In this document: in pieces, positions 44,580 to 53,918 of the stretch
How the letters are laid out: each line of letters starts with the position of its first letter
Numbering within the stretch: position 1 is the first letter of the stretch
Notes under the pieces: model-generated
Seen by the model: only the letters and a program-made list of their open reading frames with translations
What the model was told of the DNA's origin: nothing
Database searches by the model: none
Program-made: the position numbers and the translations under genes
From: Gemmatimonadales bacterium
Lineage (GTDB): Bacteria > Gemmatimonadota > Gemmatimonadetes > Gemmatimonadales > GWC2-71-9
Length of the DNA: 64,000 nt
Reading direction: 5' to 3'
Assembly (NCBI GenBank): GCA_033764135.1
Contig: JANRJE010000012.1
Location: 67,290 to 131,289, forward strand

Positions 44580-46751
44580 ATGACGCCGTTGCGCGCCAAG
44601 ATTCCCGAACTTCCCCCTCGCATCGAGGGACTCGCAGCACTGGCAGTGAACGTCGTGTGGAGCTGGCATCGCCAGGCCCGGGCCTTGTTCCGCAGGGTCG
44701 ATCGGGCCCTCTGGCAGGCCACCGCCCACAATCCGATCACCCTGCTCCAGCGGGTCGACCCCCGGCGGATAGCGGTGCTGGTGGAGGACGACGATTTCCT
44801 GGCCCACTACGACGAGGTGATGGAGTGGTTCGCCATCGAGCAGTCGAGCGGGTCGGGCTGGTTCCGCGACGCCTTCCCGGAGCTGGGCACCGACCGTCCG
44901 GTGGCTTATTTCTGTGCCGAGTTCGGTCTGCACGCCTCGGTGCCGATCTATTCCGGCGGACTCGGCGTGCTGGCGGGTGACCACTGCAAGACCGCATCGG
45001 ACCTGGCAGTGCCGTTCGTCGGAGTCGGATTGTTCTACAAGAAGGGGTATTTCGATCAGCGGGTCAGGCCCGACGGCTGGCAGGAGGATACCGACGACGA
45101 GGTTCACCCCGAGCACACCCCGCTGGTGCCGGTCATCGCGGCCGACGGCAGCGAGTGGACACTGGCGCTCCCCACCGACGACCGGGTGATCCACCTCCGG
45201 GCCTGGACGATGGGGGTCGGCCGGGCGCCGCTCTACCTGCTCGACACCGACCACGAGGCCAACAGCCCCGAAGACCGGGCACTGACCAGCAAGCTGTACG
45301 CTGGCGGTCTCCCGATGCGGCTCCGGCAGGAATGGATCCTCGGCGTCGGCGGCGTGCGGCTGCTCCGCGGCCTGGGGATCACCCCCGGTGCCTGGCACGC
45401 CAACGAGGGACACGCCGCCTTCATGATGCTCGAGCGCGCCCGCGAGGAGATTCAGGGGGGGGCATCGTTCGAGGCAGCCATCTCCGGAGTGCGACTGGCC
45501 ACCGTCTTCACCACCCACACTCCGGTGCCGGCCGGTCACGATTTCTTCGACGTCGATGACGTGGCACACTGCGCCGGAGCGCCGTTCCTCGACGACTTCG
45601 CCACCAATCCGGCCGCGGTCCTCAAGCTCGGAGTGCATCCCCGCCGCGAATCGAGACAGTTCCACATGACCGTGCTGGCGATCCGCCTGGCGGGGCATGT
45701 CAACGGAGTGGCACAGAGGCACGGAGCGGTCTCGCGAGAGCTGTGGGGCGATCTCTGGAGCGAGCGTCCGGTGGAGGCGGTGCCGATCGGCGCTGTCACC
45801 AACGGAGTGCACCTCGCCACCTGGATGGCCAATCCGGTGATGCGCCTGCTCGACCAGCATCTGGGACAAGGGTGGGGGACCGCGCGGGATCTTCCGGAAA
45901 CCTGGGATCTGGTCCGGGAGATTGATGCGGAGGAGCTCTGGCGCGAACACGAGGTCCTCAAGACGGCGCTGATGCGCGCCATCCGCGAGGAGGCGCGTCG
46001 TCGCTGGACTACCACCTGGCGCGAGGCGGCGCAGGTGGTGGCTGCGGGAACACTGCTCGACCCGGACGCGTTTACCATCGGGTTCGCGCGCCGCTTTGCC
46101 ACCTACAAGCGGGCCAACCTGCTGTTCCATGATCTGGAGCGGCTGCGGTTGCTGCTGACCAACTCGCGCCGACCGGTGCAGCTGATCATCGCCGGCAAGG
46201 CCCACCCGGAGGACACCCCGGGCAAGGAGATATTGCAGGCATTGCACCACTTCACCCGCGACCCGGTGTTCGAGGGGCGGGTGGCGTTCCTCGAGGACTA
46301 CGACATGCACCTGGCCCACCTGCTGGTGCAGGGTGTCGACCTCTGGCTCAATGTTCCGCGGGTGCCACTGGAGGCATCCGGAACCAGCGGAATGAAGGCC
46401 GCCCTCAACGGCGTGCCGCAGCTTTCTACCCAGGACGGCTGGTGGGAAGAGGGATACACCGGAGGCAACGGTTGGCTGATTCCCGCTGCCACCGATCTCG
46501 AGGATACTGAACAAGTGGATGCGGCCGATGCCGCTCACCTCTATCGTCTGCTCGAGGATGAGGTGGTCCCGATGTGGTATGACCGCGATGCCCGGGGCGT
46601 GCCGCTGGGGTGGGTCGCGGTGATGAAGGAGGCGATTCGCGAGTCGGGACACCGGTTCACGTCGCGACGGATGCTGCAGGAGTATGTCACGCGCTACTAC
46701 GCTCCGATTCTCCGGGGTGACTCGTTTGTTGATGATCCACCACTGAGGTGA
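44580..46751 (+). CDS. glgP: Alpha-glucan (glycogen/maltodextrin) phosphorylase, GT35
   Basis: 'GGLGVLAGDHCKTASDLAVPFVGVGLFYKKGYFDQ' and the PLP site 'EASGTSGMKAALNG'. A 723-aa short-form phosphorylase. Confidence 0.9.
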   Translation: MTPLRAKIPELPPRIEGLAALAVNVVWSWHRQARALFRRVDRALWQATAHNPITLLQRVDPRRIAVLVEDDDFLAHYDEVMEWFAIEQSSGSGWFRDAFPELGTDRPVAYFCAEFGLHASVPIYSGGLGVLAGDHCKTASDLAVPFVGVGLFYKKGYFDQRVRPDGWQEDTDDEVHPEHTPLVPVIAADGSEWTLALPTDDRVIHLRAWTMGVGRAPLYLLDTDHEANSPEDRALTSKLYAGGLPMRLRQEWILGVGGVRLLRGLGITPGAWHANEGHAAFMMLERAREEIQGGASFEAAISGVRLATVFTTHTPVPAGHDFFDVDDVAHCAGAPFLDDFATNPAAVLKLGVHPRRESRQFHMTVLAIRLAGHVNGVAQRHGAVSRELWGDLWSERPVEAVPIGAVTNGVHLATWMANPVMRLLDQHLGQGWGTARDLPETWDLVREIDAEELWREHEVLKTALMRAIREEARRRWTTTWREAAQVVAAGTLLDPDAFTIGFARRFATYKRANLLFHDLERLRLLLTNSRRPVQLIIAGKAHPEDTPGKEILQALHHFTRDPVFEGRVAFLEDYDMHLAHLLVQGVDLWLNVPRVPLEASGTSGMKAALNGVPQLSTQDGWWEEGYTGGNGWLIPAATDLEDTEQVDAADAAHLYRLLEDEVVPMWYDRDARGVPLGWVAVMKEAIRESGHRFTSRRMLQEYVTRYYAPILRGDSFVDDPPLR

Positions 46752-48256
46752 TTCCGATGCCGCCCGCCATTCCCGACCTGCCCCTGATCGACGGCCAAGC
46801 GCCGATGATCGTGCACCTGAGCGCGGAGTACTATCCCTACGCGCGTACGGGCGGGCTGGCCGAGGCATCGTGGGGGCTGCATCGATTCCAGCATCTGCGC
46901 GGCAGAGCCACCATGGCGATGCTGCCGCTCTACCGTTCGGCCCGCGCCCATCTGGGACAGCTGGAGGCGGTCGGCGAGCCGTACACGCTCGACTTCGGCG
47001 GCCGCCGGGAATCCTTCCGCTTGCTCAGGGCTATCGACCCGGCATCGGGGACACCGACCTGCTTCATCGAGCACGAGGGGTTCTTTGCGCGCGAAGGGAT
47101 CTACGGCGAGGGCGGCCAGGACTATCCGGACAATCCACGACGATTCGCCGCCTTCGCTGCAGCGGCGGTGGCCGCACTGCCGAGGCTTACCAGCGGACCT
47201 GTGATCCTGCACGCACACGACTGGCATGCTGCGCTCGCAGCGGTTTACCTGCGGAAATGGTGGGGGGGGGATCGCTGGTTTGACCGGATTCCGGTCGCGC
47301 TGTCGGTCCACAATGGTGGCTATCAGGGCCATTTCCCGGCCGACACCGTGGCCGATATCGGACTGCCCGGGTGGTTGTTCAACCCCGATCACCTCGAGTG
47401 GTACGGCAAGACCAACTTTCTCAAGGGCGGCCTCACCCACGCCGACGTGGCCACCACCGTCTCGCCGAACCACGCCCGGGAGCTCTGCACCGACGCCGGT
47501 GGCTTCGGTTTGCAGGCCGTCTATCGTGCCCTTGGAGATCGCTTCACCGGGGTGCTCAACGGCATCGATCAGGTGGCGTGGGACCCGCGCACCGACCCGC
47601 AAATCGCCGAGCGCTACGCTCCCGACTCGCTCGACGGCAAACGCGCCTGCAAGGCCGCCTTGCAGCAGCGCTTTGGGCTCCCCGTCAATCAGTTCGTCCC
47701 CGTGGTAGCTCTGGCCGGACGGTTGGTGACGCAGAAGGGGCTCGACAAGATCGTCCACAATCACACCCTGTTCCACCTGGCGGCCCAGTTCGTCTTCATG
47801 GGCAGCGGCGATCGGCGTTACGAGGATGCGCTCCACCACCTGCGCCACGCGATGCCGCACCGGGTGGGCTACGAACCGCGTTTCACCGACGACGTCGAGC
47901 ACCAGATCATGGCGGGAGCGGACATCTTCCTGATGCCCTCTCAATACGAGCCGTGCGGCCTCACCCAGATGCGGGCGCAGCGTTACGGCACCATCCCGGT
48001 GGCCCGGCGGGTGGGCGGCCTGGCCGACACCATCGACGACAGTCAGACCGGTTTCCTGTTCGACGCCTTCGAGGAGCGTGCCGTGACCGGGGCGCTCTGG
48101 CGTGCCCTGCTTGAGCACTCGTCCGAGGCCTCCTGGCGCGAGATGCAGCGCACGGCGATGAGCCGCGACTTCGGCTGGGACCGGGTCGCCGACCGGTACG
48201 TCGAGATCTACCATCTGGGCGCCCGGCATCGCGCCGCAATGTTGGGGGGGGGATGA
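46748..48256 (+). CDS. glgA: Glycogen/starch synthase (GT5, ADP-glucose type). The N-terminal motif reads RTGGL rather than KTGGL
   Basis: 'IVHLSAEYYPYARTGGLAEAS', 'HAHDWH' and a C-terminal 'MPSQYEPCGLTQMRAQRYGTIPVARRVGGLADTI' are consistent with GlgA. Translationally coupled to glgP (ATGA). Confidence 0.85.
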   Translation: MIPMPPAIPDLPLIDGQAPMIVHLSAEYYPYARTGGLAEASWGLHRFQHLRGRATMAMLPLYRSARAHLGQLEAVGEPYTLDFGGRRESFRLLRAIDPASGTPTCFIEHEGFFAREGIYGEGGQDYPDNPRRFAAFAAAAVAALPRLTSGPVILHAHDWHAALAAVYLRKWWGGDRWFDRIPVALSVHNGGYQGHFPADTVADIGLPGWLFNPDHLEWYGKTNFLKGGLTHADVATTVSPNHARELCTDAGGFGLQAVYRALGDRFTGVLNGIDQVAWDPRTDPQIAERYAPDSLDGKRACKAALQQRFGLPVNQFVPVVALAGRLVTQKGLDKIVHNHTLFHLAAQFVFMGSGDRRYEDALHHLRHAMPHRVGYEPRFTDDVEHQIMAGADIFLMPSQYEPCGLTQMRAQRYGTIPVARRVGGLADTIDDSQTGFLFDAFEERAVTGALWRALLEHSSEASWREMQRTAMSRDFGWDRVADRYVEIYHLGARHRAAMLGGG

Positions 48257-49905
48257 TGCGTTTTGTCCTGATCCTGCACTCCCACCTGCCCTGGGTGCTC
48301 CACCACGGACGCTGGCCGCACGGCAGCGACTGGCTGTCGGAAGCTGCCGTCGACACCTATCTGCCGCTGCTGGCCGCGCTGGACCACGCCGAACAGACAG
48401 GAGTGGCGACCCCGTTCACGCTCGGGATCACTCCGGTTCTGGCAGCGCAGTTGGCCGAGCCGATGTTCCGGAGCGAGCTCGAGGGATGGTTTGCTCATCG
48501 CTTCGAGGCGCTCGCCGAGGCGCCCGCCGCGCTCCGGGCCAGCGGCGACGAGGCGCTGCTGCCCCTGGTGCCGCACTGGCACGCGCATCTCACCGCCATG
48601 CACAACCTCTGGCGCCGCCACGAGGGAGACCTGATCACCACCTTCCGGCGCCACATGGAAGCGGGCCGGATCGAGCTGATCTCCTCGGCCGCAACTCACG
48701 GCTTCCTGCCGTTGCTGGCGCGCGACGAATCGATCCGCCTGCAACTCCTCACCGGACGGGCGGAGCATCTGCGCCACTTCGGCGTGCTGCCCACCGGCTG
48801 CTGGCTGCCGGAGTGTGCCTATCGGCCTCGCGGTCCATGGCAACCGTGGCCGAGCGCCCCCGGTCAGCCGGTACGCCGCGGCATCGAGGAGCACCTCAGG
48901 CATGCCGGTTTTCGCTGGTTCACGGTCGACTCGCACTTGGCCGATGCGGGTGAAGCGTGGGAAGTGTACGAGGCGGTGGCGACCCGGCCGGTGATGCCCT
49001 CCACCCGCTCGCCGTACCGGGCCTACGAGGTCGGCAGTCGGCCGGCTGGCCGCGGTCGGCCGGTGCATGTGGTGGTCCGCGATCCCCGCACCACGGCTCA
49101 GGTATGGAGCCGCTACGGCGGCTATCCGGGCGACGGCAGGTATCTGGAGTTCCACAAGATCCGCTATCCCGGCGGGCTCAAGTTCTGGGCGGTGACCTCC
49201 CCCAGTTCCGATCTCGCGGACAAGGCCCGCTACCGGCCTGAAGCAGCAGCCGCGGCCGTCGAGGAGCACGCCGACCATTTCCGGGGCCTCCTGGGCGGGA
49301 TCATCGCTGCTGCCGGACCAGGTGACGGTGCCATTGTCGCCCCCTTCGACACCGAGTTGTTCGGACATTGGTGGCATGAGGGAGTGGATTTCCTGGCCGC
49401 GCTCTACGACGGATTGCATCGCGATGCTGTGATCCCCGCGAGCACCGCCGGCGAGTGGCTCAAGGAGATGCCGCCGACCACTTCGATCCGGATGCAGGAA
49501 GGATCATGGGGAGCCAACGGCGACTTCTCCAAGTGGCTCAACCACGAAACTGCGTGGACCTGGGAACGGCTCTGGCCACTGGAGGACCGCTTCTGGGAGC
49601 TGGTTCCCGCCGCGCTCGCCCGCCCGGAGCTGAGCACGGTTCTGGAGCAGGCAGCCCGGGAGCTGCTGCTGGCGCAATCCTCCGATTGGCAGTTCATCAT
49701 CTCCACCGGGGCCGCGGGTGACTATGCCACCGAGCGGTTCGTGGGACACTGCGAGGCGCTGGAGGAATTGCTGTCGCTGCTCGAATCGCCTGACACCGAC
49801 CCGATGGTGGCACGCGCCCGCGCCGCCGCCCTTCAGCAGATCGACGGACCGTTCCCGTCGCTCCTCGGCGCCATCGCGGCGGCGTCCGACGTGACGGCTC
49901 CCTGA
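48253..49905 (+). CDS. GH57-family 1,4-alpha-glucan branching enzyme-like protein
   Basis: 'FVLILHSHLPWVLHHGRWPHGSDWL' is a GH57 N-terminal signature of the branching-enzyme (TK1436-like) subgroup. Coupled to glgA (ATGA). Confidence 0.75.
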   Translation: MMRFVLILHSHLPWVLHHGRWPHGSDWLSEAAVDTYLPLLAALDHAEQTGVATPFTLGITPVLAAQLAEPMFRSELEGWFAHRFEALAEAPAALRASGDEALLPLVPHWHAHLTAMHNLWRRHEGDLITTFRRHMEAGRIELISSAATHGFLPLLARDESIRLQLLTGRAEHLRHFGVLPTGCWLPECAYRPRGPWQPWPSAPGQPVRRGIEEHLRHAGFRWFTVDSHLADAGEAWEVYEAVATRPVMPSTRSPYRAYEVGSRPAGRGRPVHVVVRDPRTTAQVWSRYGGYPGDGRYLEFHKIRYPGGLKFWAVTSPSSDLADKARYRPEAAAAAVEEHADHFRGLLGGIIAAAGPGDGAIVAPFDTELFGHWWHEGVDFLAALYDGLHRDAVIPASTAGEWLKEMPPTTSIRMQEGSWGANGDFSKWLNHETAWTWERLWPLEDRFWELVPAALARPELSTVLEQAARELLLAQSSDWQFIISTGAAGDYATERFVGHCEALEELLSLLESPDTDPMVARARAAALQQIDGPFPSLLGAIAAASDVTAP

Positions 49906-49913
49906 TCCACGGC

Positions 49914-51869
49914 ATGCGTCCCGTCATTGTTCACGGTCATTTCTACCAGCCACCGCGCGAGGAACCGTGGCTGGAGCTGGTTCCCCGCGAGCGCTCCGCG
50001 GCCCCGGACCACGACTGGAACCATCGCATCACCCGCGAGTGCTATGCCCCGCTGGCAGCAGTTCCGGTGCTGGATCCCGTCGGCCGCGTCCATGACGTGA
50101 TCAATGCCTACGAGTGGTGTTCGTTTGACGTCGGCCCGACCCTCATGCGTTGGCTGGACGATCACGCCCCCACCGTCCTGAGGGCGATGGTGGCAGGCCA
50201 TCAGGCGAGTCGCGCCCGACTCGGTCACGGCAACGCGATCGCCGCTCCATACCATCACGTCATCCTGCCGCTGGCGTCCGACCGGGACAAGCGGACTGAA
50301 ATCCGCTGGGGGATCCGCGATTTCGTACGTCGGTTCGGCCACGCTCCACTCGGCATGTGGCTCCCCGAAACTGCCGTCGACAGTACCACGCTGCAGATTC
50401 TGATCGAGGAGGGGATCCGTTTCACGATTCTCTCGCCGCACCAGGTGGTGGAATCCCCCCCCCATGGCGGGATCGGCCGGTGGGTGGGCGACGGCGGCAA
50501 GTCACTCGGTCTGTTCACCTGGGACCGCGAGCTCGCTCACGACATTCCGTTCGGCGACCTGATGACCGATCCGGATCGCTGGGCCACCGCAATCACCACT
50601 GGCGACGGCAGCTATCGCGCGATCGCCACCGACGGCGAGACCTTCGGTCATCATCACCGCCACGGCGCCAACGCACTCGGGGCGGTCATCCACCGATTGA
50701 GCCACGACCCCTACCACCAACTCGCCAACTTCGCGACGCTGATCCCCACCATCGAGGACGCACCCGTTGTCACCTTGGTCGAGGCGAGTTCCTGGTCGTG
50801 CAGTCACGGCGTCGAGCGGTGGCGGATGGAATGCGGCTGCCGCTTCGACTCCCACACCAATCAGGCGTGGCGCACACCGCTCCGGGTCGGCCTGGAAGTG
50901 GTGGCCCAGGGTATCCACGCCGTGATCGAGCGTGACTGGCCGACGGGCGCTGGCGATCCGTGGGTGGTGCGCGACTCCGCCGGACCGGATCTGGACGGAG
51001 TCCCGGATCTCCCCGTCGCTGCCCGCAGGCTGCTCGAGGCACAGCGACACGCCCTGGCGATGTTCACCTCCTGCGCCTGGTTCTTCGACGACCTCGCCCG
51101 GATCGAGCCGCGCCTGGTAATGCGTCACGCTGCCCGCGCCCTCGATTTTCTTCCCGCCACCGAGGCCGAGGCGCTCGACCTCACCTTGCGTGGCGCCCTC
51201 AAGCAGGCCCGCAGCAACGAGGAGATCCCGCGCGACGGAGCCGCCATCTGGCGGGACGATGTGCTGGTCACCGCCGACGGGCCGGCCCGGCTGGCGGCCG
51301 GAATCGCCGCGGTCCGTGAGCTCGACCAGCATCTGCTCGATCAGCTCGAGCTCCCTACCCATAACTGGGAGCTGCTCCCCGACGGCGTGTGCACCATCCA
51401 TCGGCGCACCGGCACCCGGACCGGATTCCACACCACTCCGATCGTGAACGGGCTGGTCGCCTCGCGCGTCCACGTGCGACCGACTGAGGGGGGGGGATCA
51501 CGGGTGATCGGGATGTCGGCATATCCGCCTGCCATTCTCGCGCTGCTCCGGGAACGGGCCACCCCGGAGGTGCTTGCCGCGACGCTGCCGGTGGAGCACA
51601 GCGCCCGGTTGCGGAGCTGCCAGGTTGACCCGGAGACCACCCGACGCCTCGCCCTGGAAGCGACTTGGGCCATGCTGGAGCGGGAGGGGCTCGAGCGGGC
51701 TCACGGCATCATTCACGCGGTGCTCGATCTCTGGACGCTGGCCGAACTTGAAGTCCCCGACTCGGTGATCACCGAGACCTTCCTCCATCTGCGACACGCA
51801 CCTCCATCGATCGTTCGCGACGGCCTGGCCGAACGCCTCGGCCTGCTCCTTCCAGAGACCACCAGATGA
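49914..51869 (+). CDS. GH57-family glycoside hydrolase (HxHxYQPxRE type, DUF3536-containing)
   Basis: 'VIVHGHFYQPPRE' at the N-terminus and 'GETFGHHH' later. This is a second GH57 paralog. Confidence 0.7.
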   Translation: MRPVIVHGHFYQPPREEPWLELVPRERSAAPDHDWNHRITRECYAPLAAVPVLDPVGRVHDVINAYEWCSFDVGPTLMRWLDDHAPTVLRAMVAGHQASRARLGHGNAIAAPYHHVILPLASDRDKRTEIRWGIRDFVRRFGHAPLGMWLPETAVDSTTLQILIEEGIRFTILSPHQVVESPPHGGIGRWVGDGGKSLGLFTWDRELAHDIPFGDLMTDPDRWATAITTGDGSYRAIATDGETFGHHHRHGANALGAVIHRLSHDPYHQLANFATLIPTIEDAPVVTLVEASSWSCSHGVERWRMECGCRFDSHTNQAWRTPLRVGLEVVAQGIHAVIERDWPTGAGDPWVVRDSAGPDLDGVPDLPVAARRLLEAQRHALAMFTSCAWFFDDLARIEPRLVMRHAARALDFLPATEAEALDLTLRGALKQARSNEEIPRDGAAIWRDDVLVTADGPARLAAGIAAVRELDQHLLDQLELPTHNWELLPDGVCTIHRRTGTRTGFHTTPIVNGLVASRVHVRPTEGGGSRVIGMSAYPPAILALLRERATPEVLAATLPVEHSARLRSCQVDPETTRRLALEATWAMLEREGLERAHGIIHAVLDLWTLAELEVPDSVITETFLHLRHAPPSIVRDGLAERLGLLLPETTR

Positions 51870-53821
51870 CCCCGCCGCTCCGCTTCTGCCTGGGCCTGCA
51901 CCTGCATCAGCCGGTCGGCAATTTCGACTCGGTCTTCGCCAATCACCTGGCCGAGGTGTACCAACCGCTGCTCCAGCACCTGATGACGGGTGAGGCCTGG
52001 CCAGTGGCGATTCACGTGTCGGGGCCGCTGCTTGACTGGCTGGAAAAGCACGCCACCGAATGGGTCGACTCGCTCGGTGCGCACGTCGACGCCGGCCGGG
52101 TCGAGCTGCTGGTGGCTGGCCATGACGAACCGATCCTCGCGGTGTTGAGTCGCGATGACCGCATCGAACAAGTGGCCCGGTTCCGTGAGCGGCTCCGCTG
52201 CCGATTCGGGGTGGATGCCACCGGGCTCTGGCTCACCGAGCGGGTATGGGAGCCGGGACTCCCCGAGGACTTGGCCGCCGCCGGGGTGCGCTTCGTGCTG
52301 GTCGATGACCGCCATTTCCTGGTCACCGGTATTCCACGCGAGCGACTGCACGCACCATGGACCACCGAATCGGGGGGCCACACCGTGACCGTGATGGCGA
52401 TCGATCAGCGGCTCCGCTATCTGGTGCCATTTCGGGAGCCGTCAGAACTCGCCGAGCACCTGCGACAGGAGCGGGCGGCGGGCCACCAGCTCGCGGTTCT
52501 CGCCGATGATGGTGAGAAATTCGGCGGATGGCCCGGCACCGCGAAGTGGGTATACGCCGACGGCTGGATGGAACGCTTCACCGGTACCATGCGCGAACTG
52601 CGCGACCGTGGCGAGGTGACCTTCTCCCGGTTTGACGATGCCATCGCGGCAGTCCCCTCGGCGGGACTCGCCTACCTGCCGAGTGCCTCGTACCACGAGA
52701 TGGAGGGTTGGTCACTACCCGCCACCCCGGCCCGCGCGCTCGACGCGCTGGAGGAGTCACTGGGTCCGACCGTGATGGCCTCGCCGACCGGAGCGCTGAT
52801 CCGCGGAGGGCATTGGCGACACTTTCTGGCGAAGTATCCCGAGTCCAATCGCCTCCACAAGATCATGCTGGCCACCTCCCGGCTCTGTCGCGAGCGCGGT
52901 GATCCGCCAGCCGCCAGGCGACACGTCGGACGCGCCCAGTGCAACGATGCCTATTGGCACGGCGTCTTCGGCGGGCTCTACCTTCCCTTCCTGAGGGCGG
53001 CGCTCTGGGCCGAGCTTGCGGCCGCCGAACGGCTGCTCCGGACTGATCAGCCGCTTACGCTGGAGCATGGCGATCTCGACGCCGATGGCCACGCCGAAGT
53101 GCGGATCACCTCGTCGTGCTGGGATGTCGTGGTCGCTCCTGCTCGTGGGGGGGGGATAGAGGTGTTGCTCGATCTGGTTCACGGCCGAAACTGGGCCGAT
53201 GTCATGACCAGGCACGAGGAGGGGTATCATCCCGCGGACGACCAGGGCTCGATCGACGCTGTCGAGGAGAATGAACCACATCCTCGCGACGATCAGCCCG
53301 GTGGCATGCCCTCGATTCACGACTTGGAGGGGGCGCTCACCGAGCGTCCGCCTATCGATCAGGAGGTGCGGGCCTGGCTGGTCGACCGGATCGTGGCGCC
53401 GGATGTCACCCGCGACGATTTCGTGGCGGGGACGGTGCCGGTGTTCCGGTCCTGGGCCACCACCCTGCTGGAGCTGCATCACACCGACCTCAGCGACGGT
53501 ACGGCGACGATCGCGCTGGTCGGCGACGGCCTGGCCAAGACGATCACCTTCGGCGAGGACGGCACTCTCACCGTGGCTTGGCGCTGGACCGCTCCGCCGG
53601 ATGGGTGGACCGAGGGGGCATGGTTCACGACTGAGCTCTCCGCTCCAGTGCTGCCGGAAATCGTGGTTACCGGGGCCGAGCGCTGGGAGTACGAGATCGT
53701 CACCATGGCCAAGAGCGAGCAGGGATTCGACCGGACCGTGCAGGGGACGGCGGTGGTGTTGCGCTGGCCCGCAGCGGCGGGTGAGGCGCAGGTGACCGTG
53801 CGCGCTGTGGCGACCAACTGA
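51866..53821 (+). CDS. GH57-family alpha-amylase/4-alpha-glucanotransferase-like protein (with DUF1926-like C-terminus)
   Basis: 'FCLGLHLHQPVGNF' and 'WLTERVWEP'. A third GH57 paralog, coupled to the previous one (ATGA). Confidence 0.7.
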   Translation: MTPPLRFCLGLHLHQPVGNFDSVFANHLAEVYQPLLQHLMTGEAWPVAIHVSGPLLDWLEKHATEWVDSLGAHVDAGRVELLVAGHDEPILAVLSRDDRIEQVARFRERLRCRFGVDATGLWLTERVWEPGLPEDLAAAGVRFVLVDDRHFLVTGIPRERLHAPWTTESGGHTVTVMAIDQRLRYLVPFREPSELAEHLRQERAAGHQLAVLADDGEKFGGWPGTAKWVYADGWMERFTGTMRELRDRGEVTFSRFDDAIAAVPSAGLAYLPSASYHEMEGWSLPATPARALDALEESLGPTVMASPTGALIRGGHWRHFLAKYPESNRLHKIMLATSRLCRERGDPPAARRHVGRAQCNDAYWHGVFGGLYLPFLRAALWAELAAAERLLRTDQPLTLEHGDLDADGHAEVRITSSCWDVVVAPARGGGIEVLLDLVHGRNWADVMTRHEEGYHPADDQGSIDAVEENEPHPRDDQPGGMPSIHDLEGALTERPPIDQEVRAWLVDRIVAPDVTRDDFVAGTVPVFRSWATTLLELHHTDLSDGTATIALVGDGLAKTITFGEDGTLTVAWRWTAPPDGWTEGAWFTTELSAPVLPEIVVTGAERWEYEIVTMAKSEQGFDRTVQGTAVVLRWPAAAGEAQVTVRAVATN

Positions 53822-53918
53822 GACTTCGGAGGGACAACGCGAAAGGCGAGCCCCTTGTGGTATCCCGCTCGCGATTAGATTCCGGTTACTCACCGGACGT
53901 TCCATCCTTGGAGCCAAA

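Noticed and set aside
44118-46868. 916-aa minus ORF antisense to glgP
   Set aside because: glgP carries the PLP motif and glycogen-phosphorylase blocks. The antisense ORF has none.
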